DNA of 64,000 nucleotides from an uncultured Collinsella sp. (GTDB lineage Bacteria > Actinomycetota > Coriobacteriia > Coriobacteriales > Coriobacteriaceae). Shown here piece after piece: positions 39,886-51,245 of this stretch (position 1 is the first letter of the stretch; the number at the start of each line of letters is the position of its first letter). The translations under genes and the position numbers were made by a program. The notes beneath the pieces were generated by a model. That model worked only from the letters and a program-made list of their open reading frames with translations. It was not told the origin of the DNA and searched no databases. Location of the stretch: the NCBI GenBank assembly GCA_900758885.1, contig CAAETD010000025.1:13129-77128 (forward strand), given 5' to 3'.

Positions 39886-40761
39886 TTAACTTTGCTGGGC
39901 TCGGCGGGCGGTTCGGCGGGCACGGGCTTCTTGGATTTCCTCAAAGTGGCTGATGATCTCGGCAGCGCTCTCCTCGATAGCCTTGCCGTCGGTACGCACC
40001 ACAAAGCAGCCTAGCCGCTTCATGAGGGCACGAGCTTCCTCAAGCTCGCTGCGCACACTCTCGGGCTCGGCATAGGAGCCGGCAACGGCACGAGCGTAGT
40101 CATCGCCCAAGCGGCTATCGCGAATTTCGGAAATCACATCGACGGTCGAAATCAGGCCGAACAGGCGCATCGGGTCAACCTCGTAAATCGACTTCGGTGG
40201 CTCCATGCCATGGGCCAAAGGAACATTGGCAACCTTGTAACCCTGATAGGCCAAATACATCGACAGCGGCGTCTTGGACGTGCGCGATACACCCAGCAGC
40301 ACGATATCGGCCCCCGAAAGGTCGTCGCAGCCGCGTCCATCATCGTGCTCAACGAAATACTCCATGGCCTCGATACGATGGAAATAGCGGTCATCGGTCC
40401 TGTGAATCACGCCCGCAACGCCTTTGGGCGGCACACCGATGAGCGACGACAGCACGGCAAGCGTCGGGCCAATCAGGTCGACTGAACGAATATGCAGCAT
40501 ACCCAGGTAATCGAGCACGCGGGCGCGAAGCGCCGGATCGACAATGGTGTGAAACACGGCAATATCGCGATGGTCGGCATCGACGCGCGGGCCCACAAAC
40601 GACTCCACCTGCTCCACCGAGGTCACCTTGGGCAGGCGCAACAAACGAAAAGCCCCTTCATCAAATTGCCCGGACGCCGCAAGCACCACCTCACAAGCGG
40701 TATCACCGAGCGAGTCGGAGATAACGATAACGGTGGGACGAGCGGTGACCGGGCAATCCAT
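39886..40761 (-). CDS. PPDK/PEPS regulatory kinase-pyrophosphorylase (PDRP/PpsR, DUF299)
   Basis: ISDSLGDTA, HDDG, GVSRTSKTP, ANVPL, IEESA. Confidence 0.95.
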   Translation of the reverse strand: MDCPVTARPTVIVISDSLGDTACEVVLAASGQFDEGAFRLLRLPKVTSVEQVESFVGPRVDADHRDIAVFHTIVDPALRARVLDYLGMLHIRSVDLIGPTLAVLSSLIGVPPKGVAGVIHRTDDRYFHRIEAMEYFVEHDDGRGCDDLSGADIVLLGVSRTSKTPLSMYLAYQGYKVANVPLAHGMEPPKSIYEVDPMRLFGLISTVDVISEIRDSRLGDDYARAVAGSYAEPESVRSELEEARALMKRLGCFVVRTDGKAIEESAAEIISHFEEIQEARARRTARRAQQS

Positions 40762-40795
40762 GCGGGGCTCCTTTTGCGCTTACGCGCAGGCTAGC

Positions 40796-42892
40796 TTACT
40801 TTTTGCGGGCAAGCTCACCGATGTTGGCGATGCCGGAGAAAACGGCCTCGAAGCGGTTGAGCAGCTTAAGGCGATTATCGCGAAGCTGCTCGTCCTTGTC
40901 CATGACCATAACCTCATCGAAGAAACGGTCGATGGGCGCGCGCAGGGCGGCGAGGGCAGCAAATGCGGCCGGGTAGTCCTCGGCAGCAAGGGCGGCATCG
41001 ACAGCGGTCTGAGCGGCCTCGGAGGCATCGGCAAGCGCGAGCTCGGCCTCGCCCATCAGGCTGCGGTCGTACTCCGCACCCAGCTCGGGCTTGGAGATGT
41101 GTGCGGCGCGGGCATAGGCCGTAGCCAGGTTGTCGAACGTCTCGGCGTCGTTCTTGCGGGCCTCGTCGAGGGCGGCGCAGCGGGCGAAGAAGACGGACGA
41201 AGCGATGATGTGCACCGCGGAGACGGCGGCAACGGTATCGGCCGGGATCTTTTCGTCGCGGGCCATGCTCACCAGGCGGCCATGGAAGAAGTCACGAACC
41301 TGCTGGGCGACCTCGGCGGCGTCGAACTCAATGCCCTGCTCACTGTAGAGCTCGAGGGCGAAGTCGATGAGCGACGTGGGGTCGATCGGCAGGCGGTCGC
41401 GCAGGATGTTGATGATGCCGATAGCAGCACGACGCAGCGCGTAGGGGTCGGAGGAGCCGGTCGGGGGCTCGCCGATGGCAAAGATACCGGCGATGGTATC
41501 GAGCTTATCGGCGCAGGCCACGATGCAGCCAGCGGTGCCCTCGGGCAGCTCATCGCCGGCGAAGCGGGGACGATAATGATCGCGAATGGCGTGGGCGACC
41601 TCGTCGTTCTCCCCCATCGCGGTCGCGTAATAACCGCCCATCACGCCCTGCTGGCTCGTGAACTCGACGACGGCGTTGGATACCAGGTCGGCCTTGCACA
41701 GGTGCGCGGCGCGAGCGGCATCGGCTGCCAGGTGAGCACCCAGGTGTGCCTCACGGGCAATAGCGAGCGCGAGCTGCTCGATGCGCTCGGACTTGGCGAG
41801 CACGCTACCGAGCTTCTCCTGGAAGGCAACCTTGGCCAGACGCTCACGGAACTCGTCGAGGGAGATCTTCAAGTCCTCCTCGTAGAAGAACTTGGCATCG
41901 TCCAGACGGGCACGCACAACGCGCTCGTTGCCGTCGATCACGCGCTCGGCGTTCTCGGGCTTGCTGTTGGAAACGACCACGAACTCACGCGTGAGCTTGC
42001 CCTCGCCGTCATAGATCGGGAAGTAGCGCTGGTTGGTGAGCATGGACTCGCAGATGATCTCGTGCGGGACCTTGAGGAACTCCTCATCGAAGGTACCGAC
42101 GAGCACCGTCGGCCACTCGCAGAGGTTAATGACCTCCTCGAAGACCTTCTTGGGCGTGTCGACATGACAGCCGGGGCGAGCGGCCTCGACCTCGGCGATA
42201 CCGGCGAGGATGGCCTCACGACGACGCTCGGCAGAAAGCACGCCGGCGTCCTCGAGCACCTGCTCGTAGACGGCGGGGCTGGCAACAACATGGTCACCAG
42301 GGCCAAGCACGCGATGACCACGCGTGGTGTTGCCACTCGTCACGTCGGCAAACGACACGGGCACAACGTCCTCGCCCAGAAGACAGCAGATCCAACGGAC
42401 CGGACGCACGAACGTGGCGTGCTCGTGGCCCCAGCGCTGGGAGCGGTAGTTGGGCCACTGCAGGCCGGCGATGGTCTTCTCGCACAGAGCGGTCAGAATC
42501 GGCGTAGCCGGTGCGGAGGGAATGTTCTTCTCGGCGAACACATACTCGCGACCGTCGGTGTCCTCGCGACGGACCAGGTCCTCGGCAGCCACACCGCACT
42601 TGCGGGCGAAGCCCTGGGCGGCCTTGGTGGCGTTGCCGTCGGCATCAAACGCAATGTTGGCCGCGGGGCCACGCTTGACCTCGTGAACCTCATCGGTCGC
42701 GGTGGCAACGTCGGCAACGAGTGCAGCCAGGCGACGCGGGCTCGAAATCACGCGGACCTCGCCGTGGGCCAGACCGGCCTCGTCGAGACCCTTGGCGATC
42801 ATGGTGCCAAGCTGCTTGACGGCATTGTTCAGCGGTGCAGAGGGCATTTCCTCCGTACCGATCTCAAACAGGAAATCCTTAGCGTCTGCCAT
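40796..42892 (-). CDS. glyS: Glycine--tRNA ligase beta subunit
   Basis: FEIGTEEMP, FVRPVRW, GNERVVRARL, PTGSSDPYALRR. Confidence 0.97.
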   Translation of the reverse strand: MADAKDFLFEIGTEEMPSAPLNNAVKQLGTMIAKGLDEAGLAHGEVRVISSPRRLAALVADVATATDEVHEVKRGPAANIAFDADGNATKAAQGFARKCGVAAEDLVRREDTDGREYVFAEKNIPSAPATPILTALCEKTIAGLQWPNYRSQRWGHEHATFVRPVRWICCLLGEDVVPVSFADVTSGNTTRGHRVLGPGDHVVASPAVYEQVLEDAGVLSAERRREAILAGIAEVEAARPGCHVDTPKKVFEEVINLCEWPTVLVGTFDEEFLKVPHEIICESMLTNQRYFPIYDGEGKLTREFVVVSNSKPENAERVIDGNERVVRARLDDAKFFYEEDLKISLDEFRERLAKVAFQEKLGSVLAKSERIEQLALAIAREAHLGAHLAADAARAAHLCKADLVSNAVVEFTSQQGVMGGYYATAMGENDEVAHAIRDHYRPRFAGDELPEGTAGCIVACADKLDTIAGIFAIGEPPTGSSDPYALRRAAIGIINILRDRLPIDPTSLIDFALELYSEQGIEFDAAEVAQQVRDFFHGRLVSMARDEKIPADTVAAVSAVHIIASSVFFARCAALDEARKNDAETFDNLATAYARAAHISKPELGAEYDRSLMGEAELALADASEAAQTAVDAALAAEDYPAAFAALAALRAPIDRFFDEVMVMDKDEQLRDNRLKLLNRFEAVFSGIANIGELARKK

Positions 42893-42895
42893 GGC

Positions 42896-43807
42896 TTACG
42901 CCACCTCGCCTTCCTGGTCGGCATTCTCGTTGACTCCGGCGACCTCGGCCATGTAGGCCTCGCAGCACGCCTTGGCGACGGCGCGGACGCGCAGGATGTA
43001 GTTAGCACGCTCGACCGCGGACAGCGCGCCACGGGCATCGAGCAGGTTGAAAGCGTGGCTGCACTTCATGACACAGTCGTACGCCGGCAGCGGCAGCTTT
43101 CGCTCCAGGCAGGAATGGCACTCGGCCTCGTAGTCGTCAAACTTCTGACGCATCATCTCGACGTTGGCGACCTCAAAGTTATAAGCGCTGAACTCGCGCT
43201 CGTTCTCGAGGAACACGTCGCCGTAGGTCATGGGCGTGCCGTCGGGCAGGTAGCTCCACACCAGGTCGTAGACCGAGTTGACGCCCTGGGCATACATGGC
43301 GATACGCTCCAGGCCGTAGGTGATCTCGACGGGCACGGGGTCGACCTCGATGCCGCCCACCTGCTGGAAGTACGTAAACTGCGTGACCTCCATGCCGTTG
43401 AGCCAGACCTCCCAGCCAAGGCCCCAGGCGCCCAGGGTCGGGCTCTCCCAGTCGTCCTCGACAAAGCGGACGTCATGGTCGTTGGGGTCCAGGCCAATGG
43501 CGGCCAGTGAACCCAGGTAGAGCTCCTGGGCGTTGACCGGCGAGGGCTTGATGAGCACCTGGAACTGATAGTAGTGCTGCATGCGGTTGGGGTTCTCGCC
43601 GTAGCGGCCGTCGGCGGGACGGCGGCAGGGCTGCGCATAGCAGGTGCGCCACTCGGCGGGACCGAGCGAGCGCAGCGTGGTCGCGGTATGGAAGGTACCG
43701 GCACCGACCTCGGAGTCATAGGGCTGCATAATGACGCAGCCCTGCTCGCCCCAGTACTGCTGGAGGCGCAGGATGATGTCTTGGAAGGAAAGCGATGAAG
43801 CGTTCAT
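42896..43807 (-). CDS. glyQ: Glycine--tRNA ligase alpha subunit
   Basis: [32 protein letters not shown]. Confidence 0.98.
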   Translation of the reverse strand: MNASSLSFQDIILRLQQYWGEQGCVIMQPYDSEVGAGTFHTATTLRSLGPAEWRTCYAQPCRRPADGRYGENPNRMQHYYQFQVLIKPSPVNAQELYLGSLAAIGLDPNDHDVRFVEDDWESPTLGAWGLGWEVWLNGMEVTQFTYFQQVGGIEVDPVPVEITYGLERIAMYAQGVNSVYDLVWSYLPDGTPMTYGDVFLENEREFSAYNFEVANVEMMRQKFDDYEAECHSCLERKLPLPAYDCVMKCSHAFNLLDARGALSAVERANYILRVRAVAKACCEAYMAEVAGVNENADQEGEVA

Positions 43808-43866
43808 GCCTCTAATATCCCCTCGTCGAAACGATTACACGGTTAGGTACTGTACTATAGCGGTTT

Positions 43867-44436
43867 TTAGTCGATAGCGCCGATGCGGTTGAGCGGCCAG
43901 TAGCGAACGAGTGCCACGGCCATTAAATCGGAGCGGTCGACCGGCCCAAAATAGCGTGAGTCGGCAGAGTTTTCGCGGTTGTCGCCCATCACCCACACGC
44001 ACCCGTCGGGAACGGTGTAGGGATAGCTTACCTGAGCGCCGGGCGCTTGGACCGAAAGTGGCCAGCTCATGCCCGTCGTATAGTCCTCGTCGAGCGCCTG
44101 GCCGTCAACGATCACCTTGCCGTCCTGCAGGTCGACCGTCTGGCCGGCCGTGGCAATAACGCGCTTGACAAGAACATCATGCTCGGAGGTGCCATCGGGG
44201 TTGTGAAACACCACGATGTCGTCCTGCTTGACGGGCTGACCGAGCTCGAGGCTCACCTTTTGTGCCAAGATCTGGTCGCCAATCTCGATCGTGGACTCCA
44301 TGGAGCCGGTGGGCACCACAAAGGGCTCGACCACAAACGAGCGAATCAAGAAGGTGGCGACCAATGCGATCGCGATGACCGCGATCCACTCAAAAGCGCC
44401 CCTCAACGCGGAATGCTGCGATGGAACCATTCTCAC
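43867..44436 (-). CDS. lepB: Signal peptidase I
   Basis: VPTGSME, VKRVIA, MGDNRENSADSR. Confidence 0.95.
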   Translation of the reverse strand: MRMVPSQHSALRGAFEWIAVIAIALVATFLIRSFVVEPFVVPTGSMESTIEIGDQILAQKVSLELGQPVKQDDIVVFHNPDGTSEHDVLVKRVIATAGQTVDLQDGKVIVDGQALDEDYTTGMSWPLSVQAPGAQVSYPYTVPDGCVWVMGDNRENSADSRYFGPVDRSDLMAVALVRYWPLNRIGAID

Positions 44437-45191
44437 TCCTCGCTCTGCGAATACGAAGCGTCCAAAATCTTCTGCGCGTAAGTGCGCTCCTCGGGCGTGA
44501 GCCGCGCCGTCTCGATCAGATCGGGACGCCAGCTGCAGGTGCGCTCGATGGCGTTCTTGCGACGCCAGGCATCGACCTTGGCGTGATCGCCGCTCACAAG
44601 CACCGGCGGCACGCCCTCGCCGTTGAACTCGGCGGGGCGGGTGTACTGCGCGTACTCGAGCAGTCCTCCGTCCTCGGCGGTCGAGAAGGACTCGTCGACG
44701 TTGCTCATCTCATCTCCCAGAGCGCCGGGGATGAGGCGAACAACAGCATCGGCCACGACCATGGCGGGGAGCTCGCCGCCCGTGAGCACATAGTCGCCGA
44801 TCGACAGACGCTCATCGGCATACGCATACGCACGCTCGTCGACGCCCTCGTAGCGACTGCACACAAACAACAGGCGCTCACTTTTGAGCAGGCGCTCGGC
44901 CACATGCTGCGTAAAGGGCTCGCCACAGGGGGTAAAGAACACCACAGTGGGCTTGGGACCCTCTGCGCTAATGGCCTCGATGGCCTCGGCGATAGGCTCG
45001 ACCTTCATGAGCATGCCCTGCCCGCCGCCGTACGGCTCATCATCGACGGTACGATGGCGGTCGTGCGTCCAGTCGCGCAGGTTATACGCCTTAAAATCAA
45101 AAAGGCCGGCCTTGCGGGCGCGGCCCAAAATCGACGTGGACATGACGGGCTCAAACATCTCGGGAAAGACCGAAAGGGTCTCGATCAGCAT
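44433..45191 (-). CDS. trmD: tRNA (m1G37) methyltransferase
   Basis: VDDEPYGGGQGM, RYEGVDER, SIGDYVLTGGE. Confidence 0.98.
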   Translation of the reverse strand: MLIETLSVFPEMFEPVMSTSILGRARKAGLFDFKAYNLRDWTHDRHRTVDDEPYGGGQGMLMKVEPIAEAIEAISAEGPKPTVVFFTPCGEPFTQHVAERLLKSERLLFVCSRYEGVDERAYAYADERLSIGDYVLTGGELPAMVVADAVVRLIPGALGDEMSNVDESFSTAEDGGLLEYAQYTRPAEFNGEGVPPVLVSGDHAKVDAWRRKNAIERTCSWRPDLIETARLTPEERTYAQKILDASYSQSEE

Positions 45192-45201
45192 GTTGTCCTC
45201 C

Positions 45202-45723
45202 CTACTTGTCCATATCGATCAGGCCGTCCATAACGTGGACGGAAATTGTTCCTGTGTCGGGAAGATCGAGCACGACCTGCTCGATCGCGGGAATCAGTAC
45301 CTCGCCGTACCGATCGCCCTCAACAACCCAAACATCGTTAGCGGGCGTCGACATGATCTCGACAATCGTGCCGAGTAAACCGAAGCGCTCGTCGACCACC
45401 TCGCGACCCATCAGGTCGGTATAGGCAGCGTCGAGCGAATCGAGCTCAAAATCGTCACGATTTGCCAGCACGTAGCATCCCGTGATGCCCTCGGCGGCCG
45501 TCAAGTCGTCAATGCCCTCAAACGAGACCAGATCGCCATCGCCCGTATCGGTGACGGACACGACCGTGCAAAAGCGGTCGCGCTTGAGCGCCGGCGGCGT
45601 CAGGGCGACGCGCATACCCGGCTCTAATACAGAAGGAAGCCCCCGCAGCGGCTGCGCGAGGACCTCCCCCTTCCTTCCGTGCGGCTTGACAACACGGGCG
45701 ATGTTTTTGTACTGGGACCTCAA
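45202..45723 (-). CDS. rimM: Ribosome maturation factor RimM
   Basis: KPHGRKGE, PRC barrel ANDVWVV..EVLIP; rpsP-khpA-rimM-trmD order. Confidence 0.9.
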   Translation of the reverse strand: MRSQYKNIARVVKPHGRKGEVLAQPLRGLPSVLEPGMRVALTPPALKRDRFCTVVSVTDTGDGDLVSFEGIDDLTAAEGITGCYVLANRDDFELDSLDAAYTDLMGREVVDERFGLLGTIVEIMSTPANDVWVVEGDRYGEVLIPAIEQVVLDLPDTGTISVHVMDGLIDMDK

Positions 45724-45727
45724 GGTC

Positions 45728-46012
45728 CTAGCCCAGAACCTCTACCTCGACAGCAGTGTCGAGGCGAGCGGCCAGTGCACGGGCGAGCGTGCGAATGGCC
45801 TTGATGGTACGGCCACGACGGCCGATGACCTTAGCGACGTCATCCTCGGCGACCGAAACCTCAATCGTAGAGGCGTCGTCACCATCGATGACCTCAAGGC
45901 TCACGGAATCCGGGTCGTCGACGATCTGAACAACGAGATATTCGACGAGATCGGCGATGCGATCTGAGAGCATTGCCTCACCCTCGAGCTGTGCAGCGTC
46001 AACCTCAGGCAC
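45728..46012 (-). CDS. khpA: KH-domain RNA-binding protein KhpA
   Basis: DVAKVIGRRGRTIKAIR; alternative ATG start at 45973. Confidence 0.9.
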   Translation of the reverse strand: MPEVDAAQLEGEAMLSDRIADLVEYLVVQIVDDPDSVSLEVIDGDDASTIEVSVAEDDVAKVIGRRGRTIKAIRTLARALAARLDTAVEVEVLG

Positions 46013-46015
46013 GAT

Positions 46016-46357
46016 TTACTCCTCGGCGCCCTCAGCGGCCTCAGCGGCAGCCTTAGCGGCCTCGGCCTCTTTGGCGAGCTGCTTCTTGGACTTCTTGACG
46101 ACGGTCTCGGTCTTCTCGCCCTCGTTGGCGGCCTTGACCAGAGCAGCAACGGCGTCGGTGAGCTGAGCGCCCTTGGACTGCCAGTCGGCGATCTTCTCGA
46201 GATCGAGGTTGATGGTCTTGGGGGCGGTCATCGGGTTGTAGCGGCCAACCTCCTCGATGATACGACCGTCACGCGGGGCGCGGGAATCGGCGACGACGAC
46301 ACGGTAGTACGGACGCTTCTTAGCGCCGTGACGAGCAAGGCGAATCTTGACTGCCAA
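46016..46357 (-). CDS. rpsP: 30S ribosomal protein S16
   Basis: TTG start, (M)[30 protein letters not shown]. Confidence 0.97.
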   Translation of the reverse strand: MAVKIRLARHGAKKRPYYRVVVADSRAPRDGRIIEEVGRYNPMTAPKTINLDLEKIADWQSKGAQLTDAVAALVKAANEGEKTETVVKKSKKQLAKEAEAAKAAAEAAEGAEE

Positions 46358-46558
46358 AGGAAACTCCTCCAACCAAGCAGCTTTAGGCTGCAACTACAAA
46401 CAAACAGTTGAACATAATACGCCATCGACGCGGGCAGGTGAAGTCCGTGAGACCAACTTCTTCGGTGTAGTCGAGGGCAAATCCATATCTTAGACAAGAA
46501 TTCGCGATTTGCAAGCACATCCACGCACCCCACATGAGCTGCGCGGTATACTCATGAC

Positions 46559-47812
46559 ATGGAAAGACGCGAACATACATACGGTTATGAGGATGCCATG
46601 GGCGTCACGCCGCCTCCCTGGACGGGTCCGGCGGTTGGCCTCATGGACCTTGATGCGTTTTTTGCGAGCGTGGAAATGCTCGATCATCCCGAATGGCGAG
46701 GAAAGCCGCTCATCGTGGGCGGAGACGCCGATTCGCGTGGCGTCGTGTCCACGTGTTCGTATGAGGCGCGTCGCTTTGGCGTGCACTCTGCCATGGCCTC
46801 GGCCGAGGCACGACGCTTGTGCCCGCAAGCCATTTGGACACACGGGCACTTTGACCGATACCGCGAGGTGAGCGCGCAGGTCATGGCGATTCTCGCCGAC
46901 GAGACCCCGCGCGTTGAGCGCGTATCCATCGACGAAGCCTTTATCGATATCACACCGGGTCGCTTTGCGCCCGAAGACCCGCTGCTGGTTGCGCGGCGTA
47001 TAAGCGACCGTGTGGCAGGGCTGGGAGTGACCTGCTCCATTGGCGTGGGCGGCAACAAGACGGTCGCAAAGATCGCAAGCGAGCAGGATAAGCCGTTTGG
47101 GCTGACCATCGTGCGCCCCGGAACCGAGCAGCGCTTTTTGGCCGCGCTGCCGGTATCTGCCATGAGCGGCATCGGACGCTCGGCCGAGGAGCGACTGCGC
47201 CGCATGCGCATCTACACCCTCGGCGAGCTATCACGTGCACCGGAATCCACCTTGGCCTCTATTTTTGGCGTCAACGGCGAACGCATGCGCCAGCGTGCGC
47301 TGGGACTCGAAATCTCCGAAGTCACGAGTCTCGATGAGGAGCGTGAGGTCAAGTCGGTCAGCAATGAACGCACCTTTGCGAAAGATTTGACTGAGCGTGG
47401 GGATATTGAGGCGGCGATTGCGCTGTTGGGCGAGTCAGTGGGACGTCGCCTACGCCGTCAGGGACTAACGGGCGCCACGGTGACACTCAAGCTCAAATAT
47501 TCGTACGGAAACGGTCGCTCGGCACAGCGCCGGCTGCCGCATCCGACCGACGATGAGAACATCTTTGTAGCGGTGGCGCTCGAGCTGCTCGACAACATCT
47601 GGCAGGAAGGCATGCATGTGCGCCTGGCGGGCATCGGCATGAGCGACTTCGACCATCAGGGCGGCATCCAGACCGACCTGTTCTGCGAAGTCGACGACCG
47701 CGGAGCCCAATCCAGCTACCGTCGCGACCTCTCGGTCGCCATCGACGCTGTCCGAGACAAATTCGGCGACACCGCCCTATCCTTCGGCCGCCAATCCCGC
47801 TTCAACGATTAA
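46559..47812 (+). CDS. dinB: DNA polymerase IV (Y family)
   Basis: MDLDAFFASVE, CSYEARRFGV, SIDEAF, AKIAS..DKP.G; start either 46559 or 46598. Confidence 0.95.
   Translation: MERREHTYGYEDAMGVTPPPWTGPAVGLMDLDAFFASVEMLDHPEWRGKPLIVGGDADSRGVVSTCSYEARRFGVHSAMASAEARRLCPQAIWTHGHFDRYREVSAQVMAILADETPRVERVSIDEAFIDITPGRFAPEDPLLVARRISDRVAGLGVTCSIGVGGNKTVAKIASEQDKPFGLTIVRPGTEQRFLAALPVSAMSGIGRSAEERLRRMRIYTLGELSRAPESTLASIFGVNGERMRQRALGLEISEVTSLDEEREVKSVSNERTFAKDLTERGDIEAAIALLGESVGRRLRRQGLTGATVTLKLKYSYGNGRSAQRRLPHPTDDENIFVAVALELLDNIWQEGMHVRLAGIGMSDFDHQGGIQTDLFCEVDDRGAQSSYRRDLSVAIDAVRDKFGDTALSFGRQSRFND
46570..46583 (+). promoter_or_regulatory. Degenerate LexA (GAAC-N4-GTTC) box
   Basis: CGAAC-ATAC-ATACG just downstream of TATACT -10 (46547-46552) at dinB. 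Confidence 0.4.
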
Positions 47813-47824
47813 CCGCCTTTGGGC

Positions 47825-47867
47825 AAAAAGAAAGCCGGGCAGGTGCGGAAAACCGCAACTGCCCGGC
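47825..47867. terminator. Hairpin between convergent dinB and rsfS
   Basis: GCCGGGCAG.TGCGG/CCGCA.CTGCCCGGC with a T-rich tail on the minus strand. Confidence 0.75.
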
Positions 47868-47908
47868 GATATGCGTGAGGGTAGCTAAACCCCGTCTCAA
47901 ATGAGCTA

Positions 47909-48364
47909 CTAGAGGAGGTTGAGGGGGAGCTGGGGGGCGTCTCCCCAGAGTTTCTCGAGGCGGTAGAAGTCACGGGCTTCGGGAGTGAAGACGTGGACGA
48001 CAACCGAACCGTAGTCCATGAGCATCCAGGTCTTCTGCTCGCGGCCCTCGATGGAGAACGGATGCTCGCCGCAAGCCTCGGCGACCTTCTCCTCGATCTC
48101 GTCGACGATAGAATCGACCTGGCGGTTGTTGGTACCGGTGGCAAGCACAAAATAGTCGCACACATCGGAAAGCTCGGTCAGGTCGAGCACCTGAACGTCC
48201 TCGCCCTTCTTGTCGTAGGCGGCCTGCGCGGCGGCGCGGGCGACATCCTCGGCGGCGACACCGCTCGCAGACAGCGAGGCGGCAGTGCGTTCGGACGTGG
48301 CGACGAAGCTCTTATGCTCCACACCTTCAAGAATCTGCTCGTCGGTCATGGTCTCGTCGGCCAT
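47909..48364 (-). CDS. rsfS: Ribosome silencing factor RsfS
   Basis: DKKGEDV, DYFVLATG, WMLMDYG..VVHVF, FYRLEKLWGDA. Confidence 0.96.
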   Translation of the reverse strand: MADETMTDEQILEGVEHKSFVATSERTAASLSASGVAAEDVARAAAQAAYDKKGEDVQVLDLTELSDVCDYFVLATGTNNRQVDSIVDEIEEKVAEACGEHPFSIEGREQKTWMLMDYGSVVVHVFTPEARDFYRLEKLWGDAPQLPLNLL

Positions 48365-48391
48365 GGAATACCTCTTTCTAGACAGCCCGAG

Positions 48392-49003
48392 CTAGTGCAG
48401 CTGGGCGTAATGGTTGTAAATCGAAATAGCCGTGGGATAAAGATAGCGCCCGGACTGAATCACATAGACCAAACCCTGCGCAAAACAGGAGAAGAACAAC
48501 TCGTCGAGCGTCGACTCCCCCACCATCTTGCGCAGCGCATGTGCATAGTCGCCGTGGCGGTTGGGCTCGATGGCATCGGCCACAAAGACCACCATATCGA
48601 GCGGCGTCATATCGCAGGCACCCACGGTGTGACGGTCGACAGCCTGAAAGACCGCCGGCGACAGCTCGGGAAAAAGCTGCGGAAGCTCATAGGCGGCAAC
48701 AGGGCCATGCAAAAGCGGCGTCGCAGCAGAAGGAGAGCCGGCAATCTTAATGCCGTAATGCAGAGCGCGCGTGACCAGCTCGTCATCGGAAAGCACCTTG
48801 TCCCAGTCGTGGATCAAGCCGGCAGCAGCGGCATCAAAGCGGTCGACGCCGTAGACCTCGGCCAGATGAAGTGCGGTCTCGGCAACACCCAGCGAATGCA
48901 CATAGCGCTTGCGCTTATCCTTCATGCGAACATCGAGCAGCTCTTGAATGCGCTTGAGCAGCGCGCGCTCATCGCCCTCAAACTGATCCTCTACCGACAA
49001 CAT
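48392..49003 (-). CDS. yqeK: YqeK HD-domain Ap4A hydrolase
   Basis: RYVHSLGV, IHDWDK, LHGP, HTVG, VADAIEP; follows nadD. Confidence 0.9.
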   Translation of the reverse strand: MLSVEDQFEGDERALLKRIQELLDVRMKDKRKRYVHSLGVAETALHLAEVYGVDRFDAAAAGLIHDWDKVLSDDELVTRALHYGIKIAGSPSAATPLLHGPVAAYELPQLFPELSPAVFQAVDRHTVGACDMTPLDMVVFVADAIEPNRHGDYAHALRKMVGESTLDELFFSCFAQGLVYVIQSGRYLYPTAISIYNHYAQLH

Positions 49004-49012
49004 AGACCCCCA

Positions 49013-49690
49013 TCACTCAAAATCCTCTTGGCCCAAATCGGCATATAGCCTGCGCTTGCGAATGTAGCCGAGCACGGACTCGCTCGTAAGATAGCGCACG
49101 CTCATGCCGCGGGCAACTCGCTTACGAATGTTCGTCGAGCTGATCGCCAGCGCCGGAATCTGAATATAGCGCACGTCGAACGGCAGCCCCGACTCTTTGA
49201 TTCGGGCACGCGCCGTATCGATATCAAAGCCCGGTCGCGTCGCCGCAATAAAGGTAGCAAGCTCAGCGATTCGTTCGGCATCATGCCAGGTCACAATATC
49301 GATAATCGCGTCGGCGCCCGTAATAAAGTAGAGCTTTACCTGCGGCGGGTAAAAGTCGCGAAGGGCATGAAGCGTATCGGCCGTATAGGTTACACCCGGA
49401 CGGTCGATCTCGAACCGGCTCGCCAAAAAGGCCGGGTTCGCGGCGGTGGCGAGGACCGTCATGGCATAACGGTCCTCGGCAGGCGTCACCGGCTTGTCAA
49501 GCTTAAAGGCAGGAGAGCCCGCCGGCATAAAGAGCACAGCGTCCAAGTCGAGCGACTCGCGCGCCTGCTCGGCGGTCACCAGGTGCCCGTAATGGATGGG
49601 ATCAAAGGTGCCACCCATAATGCCGAGCCTAAACTCCTGCCCGTCCTCTAGAGGAAGCTCGGGCAGACCGATTCCACCGCGCAGCGACAT
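49013..49690 (-). CDS. nadD: Nicotinate-nucleotide adenylyltransferase
   Basis: GGTFDPIHYGH, FITGAD, ISSTNIR. Confidence 0.97.
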   Translation of the reverse strand: MSLRGGIGLPELPLEDGQEFRLGIMGGTFDPIHYGHLVTAEQARESLDLDAVLFMPAGSPAFKLDKPVTPAEDRYAMTVLATAANPAFLASRFEIDRPGVTYTADTLHALRDFYPPQVKLYFITGADAIIDIVTWHDAERIAELATFIAATRPGFDIDTARARIKESGLPFDVRYIQIPALAISSTNIRKRVARGMSVRYLTSESVLGYIRKRRLYADLGQEDFE

Positions 49691-49693
49691 GGC

Positions 49694-51172
<1,479 letters not shown>

Positions 51173-51176
51173 CTAC

Positions 51177-51220
51177 AAAAAAGAGGGAGACCCTTGAATC
51201 CTAAAACTCAAGTGCCTCCC
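51177..51220 (-). terminator. Terminator after rplU-rpmA
   Basis: GGGAG..C.CTTGA/TCAAG.G.CTCCC stem with a T-run on the minus strand. Confidence 0.65.
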
Positions 51221-51245
51221 ACATATGTGCTCTATGAAGGGTGAA

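Noticed and set aside
36972..43510. 885-aa and 960-aa plus-strand ORFs opposite ppdK and glySQ
   Set aside because: Same codon-bias artefact; the minus-strand genes are unambiguous.
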